Assembly: GCA_963706025.1 (NCBI GenBank)
Contig: CAVPLM010000028.1
Coordinates: 1 to 22,482, forward strand
Direction: 5' to 3'
Source: an uncultured Actinomycetes bacterium
GTDB lineage: Bacteria > Actinomycetota > Thermoleophilia > RBG-16-64-13
DNA: 22,482 bases
Below are positions 1 to 7,244 of the stretch, one piece after another (position 1 is the first letter of the stretch; each line of letters begins with the position of its first letter). The notes under the pieces were generated by a model. The model had not been told where the DNA came from, made no database searches, and was given only the letters and a program-made list of their open reading frames with translations. Both the position numbers and the translations under genes were made by a program.

Positions 1-2
1 AA

Positions 3-260
3 ACGCGGACCGAGACTGCCGGGATCACGGTCGACCTGGCGCTCTGCACAGGCTGCCGGGCGTGCGAGCTCGCGTGCGGATTCCACCACACCGGCGGCAT
101 GCAGCCGAGCGCATCGAGCCTCACGGTCTCCAGGTCGAACAGTACGGCCGCTCTCGCCTGGCAGTTGGACGACACCTGCGATCTGTGCGCGGGCGAAGAG
201 GAACCATTGTGCGCGAAGTACTGCGCTACCAAGGCCGTCCTGGCCGGAGCCCGGTCGTGA
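3..260 (+). CDS. 4Fe-4S dicluster ferredoxin-like subunit of the AOR-family oxidoreductase (5' truncated by window edge)
   Basis: Not in the ORF track. Frame 3 reads TRTETAGITVDLALCTGCRACELACGFHH...DTCDLCAGEEEPLCAKYCATKAVLAGARS*, giving CxxCxxCxxxC plus CxxC-x7-CxxxC. Its TGA (258-260) overlaps the GTG start of the AOR gene (GTGA). Confidence 0.88.
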   Translation, partial: TRTETAGITVDLALCTGCRACELACGFHHTGGMQPSASSLTVSRSNSTAALAWQLDDTCDLCAGEEEPLCAKYCATKAVLAGARS

Positions 261-2179
261 ACGGTTACGAGATCAGGGGCGGGCTGGCCGGTAAGATCCT
301 CCGGGTCGACCTGACCCGCGAGCGCGCGTGGACCGAGGATACGCTTCCATACGCCCGTCGGTTCCTCGGAGGCAGGGCGGTCAACAGCCTCATCCTGCTC
401 AATGAAACGCTACCCCACACAACGTGGTCGGACCCCGAGAACCCGCTCATCTTCGGGGTGGGGTGCTTGGTGGGGACCATGGCCCCGGGAGCCAACCGGG
501 TCTCCATCGAGACGAAGAACGTCTATTCGGGGGGCAAGGGATCGGCCAACTTCGGCGGTCATTTCGGACCCGAGCTCAAGTACGCCGGTTTCGACCACGT
601 GGTCATCACTGGAAAGGCGCCAAAGCCGGTCTATCTGTGGATCCAGGACGGGGAGGCGGAGATTCGGGACGCCTGTGGCATCTGGGGCAAGACCACTTAC
701 GAGACCGAGCGTCTGCTTCGGACGGAACTGGGAGACGACCGGATCGAGGTGGCGGCCATCGGCCCGGCCGGTGAGAATCTGGTCAAGGGTGCGTGCGTGG
801 TGGGTGATCTTTCCAAGGTCGCCGGAGGTTCCGGGGCGGGCTGCGTTATGGGGAGCAAGAACCTCAAGGCGCTTGTGGCTCGTGGACGCGGGGCCATCGA
901 GGTAGCCGACCCAGCTCGTTTTGTGGGGGCCGTCGACGACTGCCTGGCGCGGATGAAGCTATCCCCACGCACGTCGAAATGGCGCGGAGGAATCATCGAA
1001 GCAGGTGCTTTGCCCGACGGCCCCTTCTGGGACATCGGCGCTGAGACGATCCGCAACGGCCGGCTCGGCTATTGGCCGATGGAGAAGCGGATCAACCTGG
1101 TGGGTCCGGAGACCGGGGTGAACAAGTACAGGCGCAAGATGGTGGGGTGCTTCAACTGCCCTGCCGGCTGCATGCCGTATTTCGAGATCGACGATGGCCC
1201 CTTCTCCGGTACTCGTGGTATCGGCTACTGGATCGGGTCGGCCATGTATTCGACCCGCTTCGACGTGGACGACCCGGCGGCCTCCATCAACTTCCACCTT
1301 CTGTGTAACCAACTGGGTGTCGACGGCGACATGGCGGCGACCGTGCTCTCCTGGGCCTTCGAGTGCTACGAACGCGGGCTGATCACCACCCGCGACACGG
1401 GCGGAATCGCTTTGGATTGGGGCGATGGGGTGGCCATGAATCAGATGGTCGAGAAGCTCGCGTATCGTCAGGAGATCGGCGCTCTTCTGGCTGAGGGGGT
1501 CAGGGAAGCGGCAAGCCGCATCGGTCAGGGTTCAGACGACTTTGCCGTGTACATCAAGGGGCAGGACACCTCTGATGCCTTCAGGATCCAGAAAGGGTGG
1601 GGACTGGGCTGCTCCACCTCCGCTTGTGGACCGCGGCATCTCCGAGGAGCGGTTGGGAGCATGCATCACTCCGGCCCCAAGAATCTTCCCCGAGAGACCC
1701 ATGAGTACAAGAACCAGCCGGAAGCCGTCTTCTGGATGGTAAGGGCCAAAGAGATCGAGGACATGACCGGCTTCTGCAACTTCATGGGGACGTACTCTGG
1801 GCCGCACGTACTTGAGATCGCCGACTATGCCGAGCTCACGAGCGCAGCTCTCGGAGTGGGAATCTCCGAGGAGGAGCTGATGAGGCTCGCTCAGGCGGGG
1901 TGCAACCTGGAGAAGGCCTTCAACACGCTGCATGCGGGGTTCACCCGGGCCGATGACTATCCACCCAAGCGCTATATGGAGACCCCCATTCATTCTGGTC
2001 CCTACGCGGGACACCGGTGCGACCGGGATAAATGGGACGAGATGCTGGACCGGCTCTACGAGCTCCACGGCTGGGACGTGGCGACCGGCCTGCAGACCCG
2101 CGGCGGGCTGGAGAGCCTGGGACTGGGCGATGTCGCAGATATGCTGGAGCAGGCGGGGAAGCTGGTCGTCTATGAGTGA
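257..2179 (+). CDS. Aldehyde:ferredoxin oxidoreductase (AOR/WOR) family tungsten/molybdenum-pterin oxidoreductase, ~640 aa, divergent active site
   Basis: AOR-family motifs GKILRVDLT, ANFGGHFGPELKYAGFD, IGPAGENLV, GCVMGSKNLK; FeS ligands CFNCPAGC and DMTGFC; C-terminal YELHGWD. Start moved from the track's 62 to GTG 257 (GGAG at 246-249, overlap with ferredoxin stop). Confidence 0.93.
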   Translation: MNGYEIRGGLAGKILRVDLTRERAWTEDTLPYARRFLGGRAVNSLILLNETLPHTTWSDPENPLIFGVGCLVGTMAPGANRVSIETKNVYSGGKGSANFGGHFGPELKYAGFDHVVITGKAPKPVYLWIQDGEAEIRDACGIWGKTTYETERLLRTELGDDRIEVAAIGPAGENLVKGACVVGDLSKVAGGSGAGCVMGSKNLKALVARGRGAIEVADPARFVGAVDDCLARMKLSPRTSKWRGGIIEAGALPDGPFWDIGAETIRNGRLGYWPMEKRINLVGPETGVNKYRRKMVGCFNCPAGCMPYFEIDDGPFSGTRGIGYWIGSAMYSTRFDVDDPAASINFHLLCNQLGVDGDMAATVLSWAFECYERGLITTRDTGGIALDWGDGVAMNQMVEKLAYRQEIGALLAEGVREAASRIGQGSDDFAVYIKGQDTSDAFRIQKGWGLGCSTSACGPRHLRGAVGSMHHSGPKNLPRETHEYKNQPEAVFWMVRAKEIEDMTGFCNFMGTYSGPHVLEIADYAELTSAALGVGISEEELMRLAQAGCNLEKAFNTLHAGFTRADDYPPKRYMETPIHSGPYAGHRCDRDKWDEMLDRLYELHGWDVATGLQTRGGLESLGLGDVADMLEQAGKLVVYE

Positions 2180-3095
2180 GCTGCCGGCATCCAGCGCCAC
2201 CGACCGTGGTCCGCGGGCGCTCGTCAGAGGGGCCGGCGACTTGGCCTCCGGCGTCGCTTATCGCCTGATGCGCGCCGGGTTCTCGGTGGTGATGACCGAG
2301 ATCGCTCGGCCCACGGTGGTGCGCCGTGCCGTCGCTTTCGCCGAGGCGGTGTGGGAAGGCCGGGTGGAGGTCGAGGGCCTCCCCGGGATCCTGGCCCGGG
2401 ACGCGGTCGACGTACACCGGATATTGCGGAGCGGGGCGATCCCGGTGATCGTCGATCCCGAAGCGGTCATCCGCTTCGATTTCCGTCCCGATCTGCTGGT
2501 GGATGCCATCATGGCCAAGCGGAACCTGGGCACCCACACGAGCGACGCGCCCGCGGTCGTGGCGCTCGGTCCGGGTTTCGTGGCCGGCAGGGATGCGCAC
2601 GCAGTCGTCGAGACTATGCGTGGCCCAACCTTGGGCCGGGTCATCGTGGAGGGCGAGGCTCTTCCTGACACGGGCATTCCCGGAGAGCGAGGCGGCTTCG
2701 GTGAGGAGCGGGTCCTGCGCTCCCCTTGCGCTGGTGTCTTCACCGGCTTGAAAGAGATCGGGGATAAGGTGGAAAGAGGCGAAACCGTGGGGCTTGTGAG
2801 CCAGACACCGGTGCTCGCGGGACTAGACGGCAGGCTTCGAGGGATACTACGTTCCGGAATCGCGGTGGGTCCTGGCCTCAAACTGGGCGATGTCGATCCG
2901 ACTGCCGGGCGGCAACAATGCTTCGTGATCTCGGACAAGGCTTTGGCTGTAGCCGGCGGGGTGCTCGAGGCGGCGTGCGCCTTACTGGGGAACCTCCCCT
3001 CGGGATCTCGGATCCGCGGCCGATCCTGGGCGGCTGCGTGCGAAGGCGTAAGGGCTGCTGCAGCGACGCCGGACGCTTCTTGCCGAGGAGACTGA
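2172..3095 (+). CDS. yqeB: Selenium-dependent molybdenum cofactor biosynthesis protein YqeB (short form, no N-terminal XdhC domain)
   Basis: VRGAGDLASGVAYRL, TEIARPTVVRRAVAFAEAV, VDAIMAKRNLGT, LGPGF, VETMRG, ERVLRSP, LRGILR, KLGDVDP, ISDKALAVAGGVLEA are YqeB-family signatures. ATG 2172 overlaps the AOR 3' end. Confidence 0.92.
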   Translation: MSELPASSATDRGPRALVRGAGDLASGVAYRLMRAGFSVVMTEIARPTVVRRAVAFAEAVWEGRVEVEGLPGILARDAVDVHRILRSGAIPVIVDPEAVIRFDFRPDLLVDAIMAKRNLGTHTSDAPAVVALGPGFVAGRDAHAVVETMRGPTLGRVIVEGEALPDTGIPGERGGFGEERVLRSPCAGVFTGLKEIGDKVERGETVGLVSQTPVLAGLDGRLRGILRSGIAVGPGLKLGDVDPTAGRQQCFVISDKALAVAGGVLEAACALLGNLPSGSRIRGRSWAAACEGVRAAAATPDASCRGD

Positions 3096-3111
3096 GGCCC
3101 GGAGCCCCTAA

Positions 3112-3939
3112 GTGCATACAGCCACGTATGAAATCTTGGCGAAGGCTCTCGCCCTGGGCCCGCGGGAGTCGGTAGCGCTGGTGGGGGGCGGAGGAAAGAC
3201 GGGCTGTCTCCGACTTCTCGCCGAGGAACTGTCCGAGTGGAGCCCGCGAGTGCTCGCGACCACCACCACGGCACTGTTCCTTAAGGATCTGGAGGATCTC
3301 GGACCGGTGCTGGTAGAGTCCGACCTGCCGGCGCTTCGAACGCGGCTCGAGGCTGCGCTCGCCGCCGGTGGTCTTGCCTGTGCCGTCCGGAGCATCGGCC
3401 GGGACGGCAAGGCCGTCGGCTTGCCGGTCGAATGGGTAGACGACGTGTGGGCGGCGGGGTCCGTGGATCACCTGGTGCTCGAGGCGGATGGAAGCCGGGG
3501 GATGTCCCTCAAGGCCTTCGGGGCCCACGAGCCGCAGGTGCCCCTCGGCGCGACCCTGATCGTGCAGGTCGCCGGGTTGGACGTTCTGGGTGCTCCTCTC
3601 CAGGAGCCGTACGTCCACCGGGCAGAGCTGCTCGCGCGGGTGTTGGGGGTCGAGGAGGGAGCGATCGTGACTACGGATCTGTTCGCAGCTGCGCTGCGGG
3701 AGCAGCTTCGGCTGCTGCACGGGCGCTGGCCGGGGGTCCGGGTGGTCACTCTGCTGAACAAGGCCGAGGAACCTGACGCGCGGGCGCGGGGTCTCGAAGT
3801 TGCTGAGGAGATGCTGAGTGCAGTGCAGGCGGAGGTCGGACGAGGCCTGGTTCCGGAGGCGATCGTCGTCGGCAGTCTGCGGGAGCGGGACTTCACGCGG
3901 ATATGGAGCAGGGGTGAGGATGAGCGATCGGGCCGGTAG
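3112..3939 (+). CDS. yqeC: Selenium cofactor biosynthesis protein YqeC (selenium-dependent hydroxylase accessory protein)
   Basis: VALVGGGGKT P-loop-like motif, VLATTTT, LVLEADGSRGMSLKA..HEPQVP, VHRAE, LLNKAE. Lies between yqeB and mocA; GGAG 7 nt before the GTG start. Confidence 0.9.
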   Translation: MHTATYEILAKALALGPRESVALVGGGGKTGCLRLLAEELSEWSPRVLATTTTALFLKDLEDLGPVLVESDLPALRTRLEAALAAGGLACAVRSIGRDGKAVGLPVEWVDDVWAAGSVDHLVLEADGSRGMSLKAFGAHEPQVPLGATLIVQVAGLDVLGAPLQEPYVHRAELLARVLGVEEGAIVTTDLFAAALREQLRLLHGRWPGVRVVTLLNKAEEPDARARGLEVAEEMLSAVQAEVGRGLVPEAIVVGSLRERDFTRIWSRGEDERSGR

Positions 3940-4549
3940 CTCGGGATCCCGCAAGAGGGACGTGCGTGTCGCCGCCATCGTCCTGGCAGCCGGTCAGGCC
4001 ACCCGCATGGACAGGCAGAAGCTTCTCCTTCCCTTGAGGGAGCGAGCTCTGGTGGAGTGGGTCACCGATGCCGCGCTCGGCGCCGGAGTGTCTGAGACCA
4101 TCGTGGTCGTGGGGCACGAGGCAGAGGCAGTGGGCGCGATTCTGATGGACAGACCGGTGAGGATCGTCCTCAACCCAGACTACGCTGCAGGCATGAGCAC
4201 TTCTCTGCGGGCCGGCGTCCGAGCGGTCCGGCCGGATAGCGGCGCCGCGATCTTTCTTCTGGGCGACCAACCCTTTGTGACCTCAGCGCTGATCGACCGG
4301 CTCATCGAGGTCTTCGAGGACAAAGATGCCTTGATCGTCCGGCCCTGCGTGGACGGCCGTCCCGGTAACCCGGTGCTGATGGCAAGGGCACTCTTCCCTG
4401 AGATATTCGAGCAACAGGGCGACGTTGGAGGGCGAGAGATCGCCGAGCGTCATAGGGAGGGGCAGATCCTGGTACCGCTGGATGACGACAGGATGGCCCT
4501 CGACGTGGACACTGCTGAGGATTATGAAGCGGCCTCTTTGGCCACCTGA
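3920..4549 (+). CDS. mocA: Molybdenum cofactor cytidylyltransferase (MocA/YgfJ-like nucleotidyltransferase)
   Basis: AAIVLAAGQATRM..QKLLLPL, NPDYAAGMSTSL, LGDQP, GNPVL, GDVGGR, DVDTAEDY. Probable ATG at 3920 overlapping the yqeC end (track start 3818 looks too far upstream). Confidence 0.85.
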   Translation: MSDRAGSSGSRKRDVRVAAIVLAAGQATRMDRQKLLLPLRERALVEWVTDAALGAGVSETIVVVGHEAEAVGAILMDRPVRIVLNPDYAAGMSTSLRAGVRAVRPDSGAAIFLLGDQPFVTSALIDRLIEVFEDKDALIVRPCVDGRPGNPVLMARALFPEIFEQQGDVGGREIAERHREGQILVPLDDDRMALDVDTAEDYEAASLAT

Positions 4550-4675
4550 GATGATGGCCGGAATCGAGTGAAGGGGGTGGAGATAAGGGTTGAGGAGGGA
4601 GGCTGCCGGGCGGCAGCATAACGATGATCCAGTTAAGGCAACCGAAATCTTCAGTCACAGTTTGGGGGATACTAC

Positions 4676-6103
4676 ATGTCAGAGTCCGTAAGTCGCCGCG
4701 AATTCCTTAAGATCGCCGGTATTGCCGGGGCCAGCATCGGAGTAGGCGCCGGGATGGGCGGTCTGCTTGCCGCGTGCGGCGAAGAGGAGACTACGACCAC
4801 GGCCGCAGCCGAGACCACCACCACGACGGCCGCAGCGGAGACCACCACCACCGCGGCGGCCCAGAGCACCACCACCGTCAGCGCGGCCGCGGAAGTGGGC
4901 CGGGAGATCAAGTGGGGATTTGTGACCCCGCAGACCGGCCCCTTGGCCTCCTTCGGGACCGCCGACAAATACTGCGTCGATCACTTCAACGAGGTGATCG
5001 GGGATGGGCTGGTGTGCGGCGATGGCAAGCTGCACCCGATCACCATCTTGTTAGAGGACAGCCAGTCCAACTCCAACCGCTCGGCGCAGGTCGCGGGAGA
5101 TCTCATCACCAACAGCAAGGTGGACATCCTCATGGCCGCCTCCAGCGGAGACAACGTGGTGCCCGTGTCCGACCAGGCCGAGGCCTTCGAGGTGCCCTGC
5201 ATCAGCTGCGACACCCCCTGGCAGGCGTGGTTCATGGGCCGCGGGGGCGATCCCGCAGTCGGTTTCAAGTGGACCTATCACGCGTTCTGGGGCCAGGAAG
5301 ACAACTTCGGCATCTACTTCGACCTTTGGGCTCAGGTGCCGAACAACAAGATCGTCGGCGTGCTCTGGCCTAACGACGTCGACGGCAACAACTATCGGGA
5401 CAAATGGCCAGATCCGATGACAAAGGCCGGATACACCATCGTTGACGGCGGCTCGTTCCAGGACGGGACCGAGGACTACACGTCCATCATCGACAAGTTC
5501 AAGAAGGAGGGGGCGGAAGTCCTATCCGGGGTCATGAGTCCTCCGGATTTCACCAACTTCTGGACCCAGTCCAAGCAGCAGGGCTATACCCCCAAGATCT
5601 GCGGCATCGGCAAAGCCCTCCTGTTCCCGCAGACGGCAGACGCTCTGGGCGACATCGGTGAGGGTCTGTGCACCACCGTTTGGTGGCACCCGACGTATCC
5701 GTTCACCTCGCCCCTCACCGGTGAGTCCTGCCAGCAGTTCGCCGACAACTACGAGACCAAAACCGCGATGCAGTGGACGCAACCGCTCCTTCACTTCATG
5801 GTGTTCGAGTGGGCTGTCGACTCACTCAAGCGGACCAAAGACGTCGATGACAAGAACCAGATCATCGCGGCTATCGCGGCGACCAAGGTCGAGACCATCG
5901 TCGGCCCTGTCGACTTCACGCAGGAGATCGGCGCCGAAGGTGGCACGCGTCCGGTACCGAACGTGGTGCGTACTCCTCTCTCGGGTGGTCAATGGCGTCC
6001 GGCCGAGAAGTGGAACTACGACATCGTCCAGTGCAGCAACGCCAACTGGCCGATGATCCCGACGACCAGCAAGCTGGAGCCTCTTCCGGGGTCCGGCGCC
6101 TAG
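4676..6103 (+). CDS. ABC transporter substrate-binding lipoprotein, branched-chain amino acid/amide (HAAT, periplasmic binding protein type 1) family, Tat-exported
   Basis: Twin-arginine signal SRREFLK, lipobox LLAAC, Thr/Ala linker, then IKWGFVTPQTGPLASFG, DSQSNSNRSAQVA, PVSDQAEA, TIVGPVDF typical of LivJ/HAAT-like binding proteins. Confidence 0.88.
   Translation: MSESVSRREFLKIAGIAGASIGVGAGMGGLLAACGEEETTTTAAAETTTTTAAAETTTTAAAQSTTTVSAAAEVGREIKWGFVTPQTGPLASFGTADKYCVDHFNEVIGDGLVCGDGKLHPITILLEDSQSNSNRSAQVAGDLITNSKVDILMAASSGDNVVPVSDQAEAFEVPCISCDTPWQAWFMGRGGDPAVGFKWTYHAFWGQEDNFGIYFDLWAQVPNNKIVGVLWPNDVDGNNYRDKWPDPMTKAGYTIVDGGSFQDGTEDYTSIIDKFKKEGAEVLSGVMSPPDFTNFWTQSKQQGYTPKICGIGKALLFPQTADALGDIGEGLCTTVWWHPTYPFTSPLTGESCQQFADNYETKTAMQWTQPLLHFMVFEWAVDSLKRTKDVDDKNQIIAAIAATKVETIVGPVDFTQEIGAEGGTRPVPNVVRTPLSGGQWRPAEKWNYDIVQCSNANWPMIPTTSKLEPLPGSGA
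4787..4890 (+). repeat. Imperfect coding tandem repeat (about 4 units of 24-27 nt) encoding ETTTT(T)AAA linker
   Basis: gagactacgaccacggccgcagcc / gagaccaccaccacgacggccgcagcg / gagaccaccaccaccgcggcggcc / cagagcaccaccaccgtcagcgcggccgcg directly after the lipobox Cys. Confidence 0.75.
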
Positions 6104-6138
6104 GTCCGGCTGATTCCGTCCTTCGGGACGGAGGTAGG

Positions 6139-6185
6139 GGCGCGGGCCCCGTCTCCGGGCGAGACGGGGCCCGCGCCGCCGTTTT
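6139..6185 (+). terminator. Intrinsic terminator after the substrate-binding protein gene
   Basis: 17-bp perfect stem ggcgcgggccccgtctc (6139-6155) / gagacggggcccgcgcc (6161-6177), 5-nt loop, followed by gccgtttt. Confidence 0.75.
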
Positions 6186-6240
6186 GAGGGCGATGCAGGT
6201 CTGGGGCAGCTCGTTTCTTCTCCTTGGGGATGTCAGTCCT

Positions 6241-6249
6241 TGGTACTAT
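6241..6249 (+). promoter_or_regulatory. Putative extended -10 promoter element (TGGTACTAT)
   Basis: TGn-TAnnnT match downstream of the terminator and upstream of the PAS remnant/rutB-like gene. Confidence 0.4.
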
Positions 6250-6309
6250 CGTGGCGGCGGGTCCCACCGCCGCCACGTGGGCGCATTGTTCGTTGATGAA
6301 GGGTCGTCT

Positions 6310-6496
6310 ATGACTCAGGGCCCAGATACAGGCAGCACCGCCGCAGTACGGAGTCGGTCAAGCGGGCCTCAGCGCTCTCTTCTACGAGGTGGCCCCGACG
6401 GGGGTGGTGTTCGCGGACTTGGACGGAGCACTGGTCCACGTTGAAGGACGGCGTAGCAGAGAACATCGAGCCGATGATGACCGCGAGGGAGGATGA
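6310..6496 (+). pseudogene. Possible remnant of a PAS-domain sensor gene
   Basis: ATG 6310 with GAAGGG upstream. The next frame reads SALFYEVAPTGVVFADLDGALVHV (about 6371-6442), resembling a PAS N-terminus, then degenerates and stops at 6494-6496. Confidence 0.3.
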
Positions 6497-6497
6497 G

Positions 6498-7211
6498 ATG
6501 GCAGACGATGAGTCGCAGGACGCATTTGTTCCCAAGCCGGTGAAGATAAACGGGAAACCAGCGCCGCTCGAGGTCGATCTGGCGCGCACGGCCGTCATAG
6601 TGGTCGACATGCAGAACGCCTTCCTCAGCGAGGGGGGGATGTTCGACCAGGCCGGTTATGATATCTCCCGGGCCCCGGAGACCATCGGGCGGAATGCCGA
6701 ACTTATCCCCGTGCTGCGCGAGGCGGGGGTCAAGGTCGTCTACATCAAGATGAGCTACACCGCGGACTACTCCGATGCCGGCGGTCCGCACTCGCCCAAC
6801 TGGCACAAGGAGTTGGGTCTGGTCTTGATGCAGGATCGCCCTGAGACCTGGGGCAGGTACGTCACCCAAGGCACCTGGGATGAGGAGATCGTGGAGGCGA
6901 TCGCCCCCTGCCCGGGCGATGTGGTCGTACGCAAGCAGCGCTACAGCGGCTTCGCCGGCACGAACCTGGACATGGTGCTGAAGACGTTCGGCGTCCGCTA
7001 CTGCCTCTACACTGGGGTGGCCACCAACGTCTGCGTGGAGACGACCCTGCGGGACGGGTTCCTTCTCGACTACTGGCCCATCCTGGTCGCGGACGCGTGC
7101 GACAACTCCGGACCCGATCACAACCGTTTAGCGACGGAGTGGAACGTGGAGCACGCCTTCGGCTGGGTCACCAGCACCCGGGACGTGCTCAAGGCACTGA
7201 GCAAGGCCTAG
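6498..7211 (+). CDS. rutB: Isochorismatase-family cysteine amidohydrolase, RutB-like (ureidoacrylate amidohydrolase)
   Basis: VIVVDMQNAF (Asp), RKQRYSGF (Lys), TGVATNVCVETTLRDGF (Cys) triad. The segments AGGPHSPNWHKE and FGWV closely parallel E. coli RutB as recalled. RBS GAGGGAGG before ATG 6498. Confidence 0.8.
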   Translation: MADDESQDAFVPKPVKINGKPAPLEVDLARTAVIVVDMQNAFLSEGGMFDQAGYDISRAPETIGRNAELIPVLREAGVKVVYIKMSYTADYSDAGGPHSPNWHKELGLVLMQDRPETWGRYVTQGTWDEEIVEAIAPCPGDVVVRKQRYSGFAGTNLDMVLKTFGVRYCLYTGVATNVCVETTLRDGFLLDYWPILVADACDNSGPDHNRLATEWNVEHAFGWVTSTRDVLKALSKA

Positions 7212-7244
7212 AGTTAGAGAAGTATCGAGGGAAAGGAGAAGACG

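Noticed and set aside
62-256. 65-aa N-terminal extension of AOR in the ORF track
   Set aside because: Arg-rich shadow translation of the ferredoxin gene; AOR homology and an RBS point to GTG 257.
3093-3130. Possible selenocysteine read-through of the yqeB TGA (and of the ferredoxin, AOR and mocA TGA stops), given the selenium context
   Set aside because: Each TGA falls at or beyond the expected end of the family domain, read-through gives no recognisable sequence, and no convincing SECIS-like hairpin follows.
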